From Eledone cirrhosa (taxonomy: Eukaryota): a stretch of 64,000 nucleotides of DNA. The DNA is taken from positions 325,128,001 through 325,192,000 of the forward strand of contig OZ024740.1 of NCBI GenBank assembly GCA_964016885.1, given 5' to 3'. A model generated the notes under the pieces. The model was not told the DNA's origin, ran no database searches, and worked only from the letters and a program-made list of their open reading frames with translations. Below are positions 41,258-55,399 of this stretch, one piece after another; the first letter of the stretch is position 1; every line of letters starts with the position of its first letter. The position numbers and the translations under genes are program-made.

Positions 41258-41380
41258 ATGTTTTGTTATAATGACGCTGAAAACACCGGTCCACGTCCGA
41301 TCACTGAAGTTAAGCAACGTCGAGCCTAGTTAGTACTTAGATGAGTGATCGCTTGGGAAACCTAGGGGCTATAAGCTTTT
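41258..41380 (+). pseudogene. 5S rRNA pseudogene
   Basis: gaaaacaccggtccacgtccgatcactgaagttaagcaacgtcgagcctagttagtacttagatgagtgatcgcttgggaa..aagctttt aligns by eye to metazoan 5S rRNA (box A, box C, T-run) with many substitutions and a decayed 5' end. Confidence 0.85.
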
Positions 41381-42809
41381 CCTGTTTCCCTTCTTTACCC
41401 CTCCCCCTCTTTCCATTACTTATTCTTGTTTTTATCTTTCTTTTTCATATTTCCATCAATGTATAACTTCTTTTTGTAAATTATATATGATATAATAAAA
41501 GATTTGTTATATTAGTATATATTGGTTATCAATATATAGCGTATTGTGTGCTTCTTCATTCCAGTTACCAGACAACCAATCACTTCATTGCTCAGCTATC
41601 ATGCCAATAAACAGTCAGTTTTTATCAATCTCTATCATCTCATTACTTCCTTACACAGCATATAATTGTATGTTACTAATGGTTGGCAATGTGTAACAAA
41701 CCTGATTTTTATATAGTTTTTCTAATTATATTATTCTGTCAGTCTTCAACTTCATATTTTTTTCCGTTTATGAAAGATTAGATTTTCTATTTGAATTGAA
41801 CTCAAAAGTAAAAGTACCAATAACGAAATAATTATTATAAGATGTACTTTGGTAATATTTCAAGTTACCCTGAAGGCAGTATAAGAATTATTATTATCTG
41901 ACATCAAGTGACAAAATAAAATATTAAACAATTTATTAGATGTAAAACATAAAAATGTTGAAATGAAGTGTGAATGAAGAAAATAAAACGCCTTCGAAGC
42001 TTTTGGTTTCACTTTTTTTAAAATCTCAATTGCTATATGTATCAGAGAATGGAGTGAAAATCAGCATAATATGACGATTAGAAAACAAAAACAAAATAAT
42101 GGAAGAAGAGAAAACAGAAAAATACAGGTGTTCATTTTCATATATTTGTTTATAGTGTGTGATAATTAATTACCTCATTATCTAATTGATATAATTATTT
42201 ACTTACCAAAAGGATCAATCATCAACTATACTTAATGACATTACTGGAAAACTATAAATCACTATATATATATTTGGAAATAATGATCTGTTTTGCTGTC
42301 ATTATTCCTGTGAAACATGATTTTTTTCAAGAATTTTCTTGAATTTTTACTATAAACAATTGTTTAAAAATGTGTAGTCCCAACGCAAATGACTACAATA
42401 GTCGATCACTATATATATGAGGTGAGAAAAATCGGTAAATTACACATGAAGGCGACTCTTGTCATTTTTTTCAACTTCTGATGGAAATTTTACTTTACCC
42501 AATTTTATCAACTAGTGTCTACAGTGATCAATTATATCATTTTGGTCATTTGCCTTGGTGATACACACAGTTTCAGATTAAAAATCCCCCAAATGCTTCT
42601 TATTACAACTAATTTATTCATAGTAAGTAAAGGTATGGTATGGTATTGTATGGTCTCGTAACTCCTGACGGAGTCGTAGGGCATATGGCCTTTCTTGGGC
42701 ATATCAAGCCTGGCGGAGCGCAACCCTCTCCAGATCTGAGTACAGCAGATTACTTTCAAAGAAGGATAGGAATTGAAATAGGGGAAGTGAGAAAGAAATA
42801 TAGGAAGAA

Positions 42810-44520
42810 TCGACCCCAGTGCTAGACGCATTTCTTTTTTATCGACCTCGAAAGGATGAAAGGCAAAGGTGACCTCGGCAGAATTTGAACTCAGAGAGCA
42901 AAAAGCTGAAACCACTGACACAAAGTATTCTATCCAACATTCTAACGACTCTGCCAATTCGCTGCTTTAACAGTAAGTAATACATTTCTTTTTCTAAATT
43001 TAATGCGGGTTTATCTCGTTAACAGCGGCCAATTAGCAGTGTTGTCATTTGTTCCGAGTGACTGCGCTCTAAATTTAAATCTTGCTCAGATCAACTTTGA
43101 ATTTCATCACTTCGACGTCAATAAATAAAGTACTAGTTTAATACTGGGGTCGATTCTTCCTCTATTTCTGTCTATTTTTCTCTTTCTCTGAAAGAAATCG
43201 ATTGTGTAGCGACCAAGAGAGAGCTGGGTTCTGCCAGATTTAATAACTCTTTTAGTTTTATTCATGATTATTATTACCTGTCGAGGTTAGCTTAGCCTTT
43301 CATCCCTACGTGGTCGATAAAGTAAATTGCCAGTAATGCACTGGGGTCGATTTAATCGCCTTTCCCCTCCTCACAAAATTGCTGGCTTTGTGTCTAAAGT
43401 AGAAATCATTGTTAATAGTATTCCCATTTTGTTTTGAAAACGAATTGCGAAGCATTTTTACATATCTGTTAGTCATATGTAAATGACTTAGTGATTAGCG
43501 TTCGATATCTGGACAGGTCATTGATTTAAGTCGTGGGTTCGATCTCTGGGCTGGGAAGCTCGTTATGGCCATGAGCAAGGCACTGTATTTCATTTTGCAC
43601 TGTATTTCATTTTGTTCAATCCCCAGTTGCAGCAGATGGGATCATGTTTACCTTCCGAAGCTTAACGCCACATGACACTAAGACAAGCAATGGCTTTCGT
43701 ACAACTTATGCAAAGATAGAAACACAAGAGAACGGACGGACGTAAAAAAAAACGTAAAAAGAATCTAGTAACCTGTTGGTATACACGTCGTGACCTATTA
43801 GATAAAGTGTTGGACTCACTATCATAAGGTTGTGGGTTCGATTCCTGAACCGGGAAAAACGTTGTGTAGTACAAAATATTTTATTTCAAGTTGCACCTTC
43901 CGACAGGGTTGCGACCGACAAATAATATCAGCGGAAAGACCAATGGCAGCATTGTTTCCTTGGACTGACCTAATCATTGGCTCCTTTCTATATCGCTTAA
44001 AGTTCTAGTTCTTTAAACAATCATATGTAGTAGTAGAGTGTTTGATTAAACATTAGTATTTGTTCCACTCTCTGCATTCGGTGTTCAAATTTTGGCGTGA
44101 TCAACTATACCGTTCATCCATTCGGAGTCAATAAATAAAGTTCCAGTGTAGAGGCGTTGGATTGGCAAAGTTGTGAAATAATTGGTAGAAATAATTTGTA
44201 GTAACTGATCCGGTTCTCAGTTCAAATTCCGCCTTGTTCTGCGTGGAGCTGTGACTAACAGATTGAGTCAGCAATAGAAAAACCAATAGAAAAATTGCTT
44301 CCTTGGTTCGATCTGAGGATCAGCGCCTTTCTTCTACCAGGAGTTGTGATCGGCAGATAGCATCAACAATGGAAAGTTTAATGAAAACGTTGTTTCTTTA
44401 GTCCGATCTGAGGATCACTTCCTTTTTTTCTGCCAGAAATTGGGATTGGTAGATAGTATCATTAGAAAAGACCAATGGAAACATGGTTTCCCTGGTCCAA
44501 TCTAACGATCAGCTCCTTTC
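42810..44520. mobile_element. Cluster of decayed SINEs (Meta-type and tRNA-head family)
   Basis: SINE cores at 42810-42965 (-), 43030-43160, 43280-43410, 43480-43640, 43790-43990 and 44070-44150, with tandem 3' pieces at 44270-44520. Confidence 0.75.
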
Positions 44521-44909
44521 CCTTTCTTCTGTATACTAAAGTTCTATAATATCATCATAGTAAAAAATCGAGAGGTTTATATAAATACTACAAATCTTTG
44601 TCTTTTCTCCAAAGACTTGAACATGACTGGCCAGGCGTGTCTAAATAGTTTCACAGAGTTTAATATATTTAATAATAAGGTGGTGTTAGTAGAACCGGAG
44701 AAATGCCGGATGAAAGATATTCGGATATTTAGTTACGTTCAATTACGTCTGATGTTAAATCCCACCAGGACCAACACTACTTTCATCTACTCCATCGAAG
44801 ATCGATAAATTAAGTTTCAGCCAAGTAACGTGATAGATTTAATCGATTCTAACTCTCTCCCACCCCTAACCAGCGAAATGTGGCAACCTTGTAGAAAACT
44901 TATATTATA

Positions 44910-45297
44910 TCCTCGTCCTCCTCCTCCTCCTCCTCATCATCATCATCATCATCATCATCTGTATGACCATCTACATCAACATCAATGCCACCATCATTAT
45001 TTTCAACATTATGAAAACCATTATCATCATCATCATTATCATCTTCGTCGTTGTCATCGTCATCATCAACAATATTACCTCCACCTCCATCACTATCATC
45101 ACCGTTAGCACCACCACTACCTCCGTAACAATCATGATCACCATCATCACCATTACCATCATCATCACCATCATCATCATCATCATCATTACCATCATCA
45201 TCACCATCATCATCATCACCATCACCATCATCATCATCATCATTACCATCATCATCACCATCATCATCATTACCATCATCATCATCATCATCATTAC

Positions 45298-45328
<31 letters not shown>

Positions 45329-45349
45329 TTCTTCATCATCATCACCATT

Positions 45350-45380
<31 letters not shown>

Positions 45381-45620
45381 TCATCATTACCATCAACAAC
45401 ATCATCATCATCATCATCACTAACACCATTATCTACAACAACAACAACAACAATAATAATAACATTAATGAAAGCAACACTTACAACTATAACAACAACA
45501 ACAACTACTACTACTACAACAGCACAGAAGCAACAGCAACAGCATCTACGCCAGCTACACCAACAACAAGTACAACAACATCAACAACATCAACAGTATG
45601 CCACCACCATACAATAATAT
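44910..45620. repeat. (CAT)n/(CAC)n/(CAA)n trinucleotide low-complexity tract
   Basis: Directly visible; it produces spurious poly-His, poly-Ile and poly-Met ORFs. Confidence 0.95.
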
Positions 45621-46076
45621 CATTGATTGATTAAATCTTTATCTTCCTCTCACTCCCACTTATATATTTATCTATTTAATTATATATTAATTCCCAAATC
45701 CCAGCCCTTTATTTCTTTCTAACCTTATATAATTTTCTCTTTCCCGTAATAATATTTTTCTTTCCTTTAAAATATGTATTCAACCCCTCCCACACCACCT
45801 TCATGTTTATGCCAGAGCCCAAAGCAGAAACAGAACAACTCTCTTGTTTGTTTTATCTCTCCTGTGAGTGTTTTCCATCTCTTCTGATCTCATCTCTCCC
45901 TTGATTATCTCCCTTTATGCATTTATTTACTGGTTTCTTTATTTATCTATTCATTCATTTATTTGTTTATTTGTTTGTTTGCTTGTTGTTTGTTTAAAAT
46001 CAGAAACAGAAATACTCTTATTTGTTTTAACGTCTAGTCTATATTTCCTCTCTCCTTCGTCTCTTTGCTTAATATG

Positions 46077-46121
<45 letters not shown>

Positions 46122-46123
46122 TA

Positions 46124-46174
<51 letters not shown>

Positions 46175-46177
<3 letters not shown>

Positions 46178-46265
46178 GGTGTCCCCAAACAATGTATACA
46201 TCATTCTAATAAATATTGCCTGTACAGTTAATCAAAGTATGTATACATTTTGGGGGGACACCCTG
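46175..46265. mobile_element. Tc1/mariner-type MITE (91 bp)
   Basis: TA-CAGGGTGTCCCCAAAcAATGTATACA ... TGTATACATTTTGGGGGACACCCTG-TA. Confidence 0.85.
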
Positions 46266-47622
46266 TATATATATGTTTATACATACATACATACATACAT
46301 ACATACGTACATACCTATATACTATTTATTCACTTATGTATTTATGTATATATTTAAAACCAGAAATACTCTCTTATGTGTTTTTCCGTCCTTCTGTCTT
46401 AACTTGCTTCATTTGTGTTGTGTGTTTTGTCTATATTGTTTGTGTTATTTCCATTTTATTTCCAGTTCGCTCTTTAATCCAGTGTTTACTCCATGCCGAT
46501 CTAAGCATTCAGGCAGGCGGTTAATCCATAATGCGTCTTTTACTCCGTAATACATTACTCATCATAATGCCGGATTTATGATTAATCTGACAGATGTATT
46601 TGCATGAAGACATTAAGATGTAATCTTCCTAAGAGAATGGTTTTGCAAACAGTCTTCCTCTCGCAGTCATACAGAGATACACAGATACAAACACAAACAC
46701 ATACAATCACACATATACACAGATACAAACACAGATACACACGCAGATACACAGACACAATCACACATATACACAGATACAAACACAGATATACACACAG
46801 ACACAAACACAATCACACATATACACATACAGTCACATATATGCTGACACAAATGAAGACAGACACATATACACATACAGCCACATATATACATACACAA
46901 ATGAACACACACACACGCACACACACACACACATATATATGTATATATATATTTATATTTATACATACATGCACATATATATATATATATATACATGCGC
47001 AGACACATATATAACATACACAAACACACACATACATAAACATACATATGCTCATACAAGCTGACTTACACAAACGTACTGTAAGACGTGTATACACAGA
47101 CACAGATTATGTAAGCAAACACACAGACAAATACACAGACATGCTGACATGCAAACGCATGCACCAAATATACACTCACACATTAAGTGACACGTATAAA
47201 TAGGCTCACATAGAAATATACACACACGCATGTATTTCTCCCCAAGACAGAAAGAATTGGTTTTCAACCGTAAAACAAGTGATTTTAGTATGAATTTAGA
47301 CATCAACTGCGTTATTAAGTATGTATGTATGCATGCATGTACGCATGTATGTATATATGTTTGTTTGTATGGTTATATGTATGTAATATATACATATATA
47401 TATATGTAAATATCTTTAAGTCGTTTGGAAGCCTCGACAATGCAAATGGGTAAATCTCCGGGTAACAAGGTCCGGTGGTGGAGAGAGAGATGTAAGTGGG
47501 TGTACGTTGAGATGCGTGGTGTGTATAAGATGTGTGAGATGTGTAGAATGAAGGGAAGAGTATAAAGGATAAAAATAAGAATAACAACACAAGAGAAAGT
47601 TACCTTGGGAGAGATTTAATAG

Positions 47623-47660
47623 TCCCTATATATTTCGGATTCACATCCATCAACTGGGGA
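47623..47660 (-). ncRNA. Hammerhead-like motif with variant core (CAGTTGA)
   Basis: TCCC CAGTTGA tGGAT GTGA ATCC GAAA TATA TA GGGA; a mirror copy lies at 49097-49132. Confidence 0.6.
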
Positions 47661-47718
47661 TTTTTTCCGGGGTGGGGGAAAAGGTTGTCTGTCGGACAAG
47701 TCCGGAATGCGTCTTTCG

Positions 47719-48692
47719 GGATTGCCCATGGGATCAAGCCTATCAGGTGTGCTAGCGATCTCCTACATGGACAACCTCGAACGCAAGGCACTCAACGCCT
47801 GCCACCCTAACGCCGTAGCCTTTTTCTCAAGATACGTGGACGATATCCTCATCCTCACATCTTCCCAAGACACGGCGAACAGAATCTATGAGACGTTCAA
47901 CAACACGGACGAGAACATTCACTTCAGTGTTGAACACCCCAACGAAGACGGGTCACTTGCCCTCCTCGACTTCCGAATCAACATCACGGAACAAGGAGGG
48001 AACCACTGCAACTTCTACAGAAAGGCAGCCTGCAGGGACCTATTCGTTCACTACAAGTCCGCCCTCCCTAACAGTGCCAAAAGAGGATACATCACGAACG
48101 AGATCGCGTGAATCAAAAACAGATGCAGACGAACGGGTACCCTACCTCGATCACAGACAGAATAGGAGACACCAGACGCAAGAGACAGAGAAGCACCCAA
48201 GGCAAGTGCTTCCTTAAAATGCCACACCTGGGCAAGAAAACCACCAACGCTATCCGCAAGGATATACGGAGGGAGGGCCTCGACATCCACCTGGCCCACT
48301 CGGGCCCCTCCCTCCGAAGATGCCTCTCCAGGAATCCCGAAAAATCTACTGACGCATGCTCCCTCAGAGACTGCCCGATACGCCATGCTAACTGTTGCCT
48401 ACGCACATACGTCGTGTATAAGATAGAATGTGACAGGTGCAACCAATACTACATAGGTAGCACAATCCGACCTTTGCACATCCGGATCAAGGAACACACT
48501 AAAACCAAGGCCTCGTCTTTCCGGAAACACATAGACAAATGCGGAAACAAAGAAGGAAGGCCCATTGTCACAATTCTAGCGACTGAAAGAAACGTCGGCA
48601 CGTTACGTATCAAGGAAGCGCTTTTTATCAAACGAGTGCAACCGCAAATAAACAACCGATCAGAGAGAAGCGAAATGAAATGGCTGGTTTAG
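47719..48692 (+). pseudogene. PLE RT C-terminal half + GIY-YIG endonuclease
   Basis: GLPMGSSLS, RYVDDILIL, LALLDFRI, YRK, NGYP, VVYKIECDRC..YIGST.RPLHIRIKEH and EALFIK..PQIN, with one break near 48110. Confidence 0.9.
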
Positions 48693-49096
48693 GTTAACAA
48701 GCGATGCAACAACACACAACACACGCACACACACACACACGCAACCGAGACAACTACACACACACACGCACACACACACAGTAGCATTCCACCATACGAA
48801 CATACTACACTGCCAATACAGATGAACAAGGCAACAACACACACACACACACTCAAGCGAGACAACAACACACACACACACACGCACACAGTAACATTTA
48901 ACAAACAGGCAGAGAATGGACTGACAGCTAGCGCCATCCCACTCCCTCATTCGGCCGCTGACCTCTGTACGACCGACCCCATTTCAGGCGCACGCGCGCT
49001 CTGCCGAATACCTCAGATATTCAAAACAACAAACAGCGAAAGACGCGTTCCGGACTTGTCCGACAGACAACCTTTTCCCCCACGCCGGAAAAAAAA

Positions 49097-49132
49097 CCCA
49101 GTTGATGGATGTGAATCCGAAATATATAGGGA
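49097..49132 (+). ncRNA. Hammerhead-like motif with variant core in the PLE 3' pseudo-LTR
   Basis: CC CAGTTGA tGGAT GTGA ATCC GAAA TATA TA GG, with a GNRA-capped stem II and palindromic stem III. Confidence 0.6.
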
Positions 49133-49384
49133 CTATTAAATCTCTCCCAAGGTAACTCTCTCTTCTGTTGTTATTCTTATTTTTATCCTTTATACTCTTC
49201 CCTTCATTCTACACATCTCACACATCTTATACACACCACGCATCTCAACGTACACCCACTTACTTCTCTCCACCACCGGACCTTGTTACCCGGAGATTTA
49301 CCCATTTGCATTGTCGAGGCTTCCAAACGACTTAAAGATATTTACTTATTGTTCCACAATGCTTCAAGCAAACTTCAATACTCT

Positions 49385-50339
<955 letters not shown>

Positions 50340-50990
50340 TGTAGATAGGTTTGATGGAGGCAGATATGTATGTATATATGTATACATGTATATGAGTATA
50401 TATGTATATGTATGTGTATTTTTATGTAGGTAGATAGGCATGTATATATGTATGTGTATGCATCTACTGTATGAAAATATAAAACTACTAACCTACCACA
50501 AAAGGGTTTGCAATGATATTAGTAAACATGTCGCAGAGAGCGCGATGAAAATGTTGGTATCTTAAAACAAACGGAACGTGAATCGTAGATAAGAGAAATT
50601 TTGTTAGATTTCTTAATGACTAAAATGATTCTTCCGTGACATATCTGAAGTTGTCCCCTGTTTTTACTGAAACGATTAAAAAAATATTAACCCACGAAAT
50701 AATATCCTCGTAGTAATTTTATACCAGTAATTATCCTCGCCACATAATTATGTCTAATTAGATTTTTGATGCTCAATTCAATACATATGTTATCACTAAC
50801 TGTAATGTTGCTATATAACCCTTTCCTTCTGTCTCGCCACATATTTCTTCGTCTACTGTCTGACCTTCTTCTGATAGATACTTTGAAAAATGGGGATAAA
50901 CGAGTAAGGGAAGGGGGGAGATGAACACACACACTATCATTATACACACATACACATATATATATGTATATATACACATACATATATATG

Positions 50991-51031
<41 letters not shown>

Positions 51032-51047
51032 GTATATATACACATAC

Positions 51048-51094
<47 letters not shown>

Positions 51095-51162
51095 GATAGA
51101 TAGATACATATATAGACACATATATACACAAATATACATATACGCGCACACGCACACGCGCG

Positions 51163-51193
<31 letters not shown>

Positions 51194-51249
51194 CCGCAAT
51201 GTAGTTGACGGCGGAGAGAAAAGAGTACTCGATACCGAAGCAGAGTTTA

Positions 51250-51402
51250 AATATGTATTCTATTAAGGTTAAGTAGTGAGTCTTGTTACTCTGGCGGATC
51301 GTCTGCTATTCACAGGGTCATCAGACAAGAACAGTTCTTGTCTGATGACCCTGTGAGAAGCGAAACTTCAGACACCCTATTTAACCTTTATAAAATAAAT
51401 AT
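51250..51402. repeat. Palindrome with two degenerate opposed hammerhead cores
   Basis: Perfect inner IR tcacagggtcatcagacaagaac-a-gttcttgtCTGATGAccctgtga (51310-51356). The plus arm keeps GAAAC; the minus arm keeps GTA and stem I ACAAGA. Confidence 0.7.
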
Positions 51403-51489
51403 ATACATACACACACATATACACACACACATACACACACACACACACACACATACATACACATACACACACACATATATATATATATA

Positions 51490-51842
51490 CAGCGTGTCCC
51501 AAAAATGTATAAACACTTCAACAACATTCTAATAAAAGTGTGTATATTGCAATAGCCTGGTCTTCAAATGCCCTTAACTGTTCAACATGCCGCCAAGAAA
51601 TTTAAGAGGTCTGCATGGTGCGGATGTGGATGTTTTCAAGAAATATCTTGACACTCTGCATTTCAGCATCCCAGATGAGCCCACATCACAGAACGAAGGT
51701 AACCGCCACAACGAACTCCTTCTTACACCAAAGGCCATCTAACACAGGCTGGAGATAGAACGTGTAGCAACAAGCGTGGTGCCTCAGCATGGCTGGAACA
51801 GGCAATAAAGTAAAAGGGTATACATTTTTAGGAGACACACTG
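51490..51842. mobile_element. Tc1/mariner MITE containing a CR1-like LINE 3' fragment
   Basis: The TIRs match those at 26673 and 46175; the interior 51545-51818 is homologous to 57240-57530. Confidence 0.8.
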
Positions 51843-51844
51843 TA

Positions 51845-51936
<92 letters not shown>

Positions 51937-52103
51937 CTGAAGTAGAAGTTTTGTGTTTTATGTACAAGAATACAGAAAACATTCAAATATTAACGGAAAA
52001 GTGACAGCGATTTTCAAAATTCAGTTTGAAGACGCAACAATGCCGACACTTCTGAGTGAAGAATACCAACATGTTCTTTGAGAAAATACAGACTCGCGCG
52101 TAC

Positions 52104-52151
<48 letters not shown>

Positions 52152-52152
<1 letters not shown>

Positions 52153-52650
52153 AGCGGGTTCGTCTTGTAGGAAGAGTGTTGCGTGCCCACTAGATGGGGG
52201 CCTGTAAAAAGAAGGCCATAATATATACGGCGTCAGTCAGGACAACAAACTCAGAGCACCTCACCAGCCACAAGCGATATGTCGGACTCCCAGAGCGGCA
52301 CTGAGAGGAGGCTAATATTGAAGAAATCATTGCAATCTTACCTGTATTGAAGTACTAAACAAAATTCGTACTTCTGGCTTCCACGAAACCAGAGACCAAC
52401 GGTAAAACAGAACCAATGAAAACGTAACCGCTATAATACCGACACCTGTTAATACCGACCTGTTATTTTTATCTAAAGGCATTTTTTCCAATTCCAACCC
52501 ACCCGTCCCTTCAATCTATCTTATTATTCATTCTTTCTTCTGATGAAGGACTTGCCTCCGAAACTTTAAGACCCCTTCCTGCTATTTCAAGCATTAACCT
52601 AATATTTTCCTTCCATATACTCTACCGATTGTATTGTTATTCCTGTTTAG
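52152..52650 (+). mobile_element. Naiad-type PLE 3' fragment (GIY-YIG) with terminal hammerhead
   Basis: SCRKSVACPLDG(fs)ACKKKAIIYTASV..RYVGL parallels the endonuclease region at 15915-16050; flanked by (TA)n. Confidence 0.75.
52536..52571 (+). ncRNA. Minimal type I hammerhead motif
   Basis: TCTT CTGATGA aGGA cttgcc TCC GAAACTTT AAGA; stem III is one change away from the palindromic AACGTT. Confidence 0.65.
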
Positions 52651-52652
52651 CT

Positions 52653-52728
<76 letters not shown>

Positions 52729-53324
52729 TATATACATACATACATATATAACCTATATACGCGTGTAATAGTCTATTTTTAGCGAAACAATTTGGAATTT
52801 TACATAGAACTAGTATAAAAGCCAACCCTAATATTTCACGGATAACAGGTCAACATTGGTAGGTCATTGTATCACCGTGTATGTAGAAATAAAACTGTTA
52901 CAAAATCGTCATGAATTTAAGGTAGATTTATATTATTGCAAATATATGTCTGAAACTAAAAATTTACCCAAGCGTGTGCCAAAAGTGTGATGGAAAGGAG
53001 TTAAAGAGCAAGTGTAAATATATATATGAGCTACGCAGCCTCGTTTATGGATTTTAGTATTTACGAGGACGTGTGTTTTGATACATAAAATCGGGAATAT
53101 TACGTTAATTCATTGTGTTTTTGTTTTTTATTCATTTACAGATCAGTTGTATTTCTGCTACTGACAACGGTACTTTGGAATCTAGGTTGAATTTCAAGTA
53201 AGTAGTATCTATGCAAAAGTTGACACCATAAATTTAACCTTAAAAAATGGTCTAAAAATGTCTACTTTTACACGATAAATATTAATATATATACAGATAT
53301 ATATTTATTAAAATAACAGATTAA

Positions 53325-53375
53325 AGTTTAAGCAAAGAATCGCTGCTTTAACCCTTAACGGGATCTTCTGAAACT
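53325..53375 (-). ncRNA. Hammerhead-like motif, variant core CAGAAGA
   Basis: AGTTT CAGAAGA tCCC gttaa GGGt tAAA GCA..TGC TT AAACT; G12 is altered in this copy. Confidence 0.6.
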
Positions 53376-54469
53376 CTTGGGAGATCCTAGCTAGGGCTAG
53401 ATCGTATAACGGAAATAAAAGACCATGTGACCTCTGCGCCGCTGAGGCCCTGGAAATACTCTACGCCACAGACCACATCTTAAACAAAAAATCTGAGGCA
53501 ATTTCGGCTTGTACATAAATTGCACAAAACTTTCCTGTATTACAGCCCCACGTTATACCCTAACGGATAGTACGATCTATACGTGGATATTTTACGTCTT
53601 GATGTCGGAGCTAAGTATATGTTTTGTTTATACCATTACTTATTTGCATAGGTAAGTATATATTACCCGTATGTTTCGTGAAGGTACGTATGTTTACCTT
53701 CTCGTACGTATATTTGATTGTTTATGTTATTGAGTATAATTTTTTTTTTATTCTGGTACATATGGTTTGGCTATGTGTATACGGGAGTTTTGCGTCTGTG
53801 TGAGTATGCAGGTTCGTACGTATGTAGGATGTGTGTATATGTGTATTTCATGTTTTGGTTGACTTACGTCTCCGAACATTCGTGTATTTACATGTAGGTA
53901 TGTGTGTGCGCTTGTTATATACGTATTTATTTATTTATATACGTTTATTTAATTATTTATTTATTTGTATACACGCTTACACACACACACATATTTATAT
54001 GTGCGTGGTTTTGTATACCTATGGTAAGTGTTTTGTGTATGCTTGTGTATGTACGTCTTTGTTTGCGGGTATGTATTTACTTATTTCTATTACTTCTGTA
54101 TTGTATTTATTTACTTTGTTCTTAACTCTGTAGCGGAGATTCTTTCGGTCTCCTAGTTAGAATTTTTGTCTACGACTTCTGCTATACCATTTACGTGGTT
54201 TTGTCTTCGTTTTTTTCGTTCATTGCCAGAGAACGTCTCTATGCACCACCTAAGAGAACATTAGTCTACGACCACTTTTATACCATAAACGTGGTTCTGT
54301 ATTTGCGCGTAATTGTTTTTTACCGCTCCTATTAATGACGTTTCTTATTCGTTTTTTCCCGTTCTTTGCCAGCGAACGTTTCCACGAGCCAAAGTATCGT
54401 CTTCCTGTCTTCCTCCGGTTGCAACGTTTTTTGAAATATCCACTTCTGCGTTTACAGATTGACTTTGTT

Positions 54470-54520
54470 AGTTTCACAAGATCCCGTTAAGGGTGAAAGC
54501 AGCGATTCTTTGCTTAAACT
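54470..54520 (+). ncRNA. Hammerhead-like motif, variant core (CAcAAGA in this copy)
   Basis: AGTTT CACAAGA tCCC gttaa GGGt GAAA GCA gcgattctt TGC TT AAACT. Confidence 0.6.
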
Positions 54521-54649
54521 TTAATCTGTTATTTTAATAAATATTTGCTCTATGGTTCTTATATATTTGATATATATTTATCCTTATCGAGCCCTCTTTG
54601 GATTTTAGTCTTGAAATTTATTATTATTACTATATATATTTATTATTAT

Positions 54650-54770
<121 letters not shown>

Positions 54771-55399
54771 TCCTAGTAAGACTATTCTTGCATCTCTGTA
54801 TTTATTTTGTTTTATTTGTTCATATATATATATATATAAAATAAGAATTTTATTTCCCGCTCTAACACAGCTGATACATAAAAGTAAGTATGCATACGTA
54901 CCCACATATATATACAAACGTATATGTATATACCTATATATGTACACACACGCACACATATACATATATACGTATGGATTATATCGGCAAAGCCAGCCGC
55001 CACTGGCTCGGTATGCAAATGAGCCTAATCAAACTTGTATACTTACGAAAATACTATATATTTTCAACCGTTCAACACATTGGAAGGGAAGTACACAGTC
55101 CTAATGAAGGCTATTGACCCAGAAACATATTGATTGTTCCTCAAAGCCAGTGTTGTACAAACAGGTGATGATCGGTAACCGGTACGGCACAGCTTCCAAT
55201 CGGGCTCGTTTCTTTACAAACGAATCGAACATTATTATTAATGTTCGATATAACCCATACGTACATATGTATGTATGTGTGTGTGTGTGTGTGTATAGAT
55301 ATATACAGACATCTGTATATATATATGTGTGTGTACGTATGCATAGTTATATATATATATATGCATAGAAGTGGTTACACAACAGTTAGTTCACCATAC

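Larger units (their letters stand above)
47406..49345 (+). mobile_element. 5'-truncated Penelope/Poseidon-type PLE with inverted pseudo-LTR
   Basis: 47406-47718 is the reverse complement of 49037-49345, and the arms enclose RT and GIY-YIG coding sequence. Confidence 0.92.
53301..54544 (+). mobile_element. 5'-truncated Naiad-type PLE with short inverted terminal arm
   Basis: 53301-53375 is inverted at 54470-54544. 53375-53520 encodes SWEILARARSY..CDLCAAEALEI..LNKKSEAISAC (Naiad endonuclease C-terminus). Confidence 0.82.
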
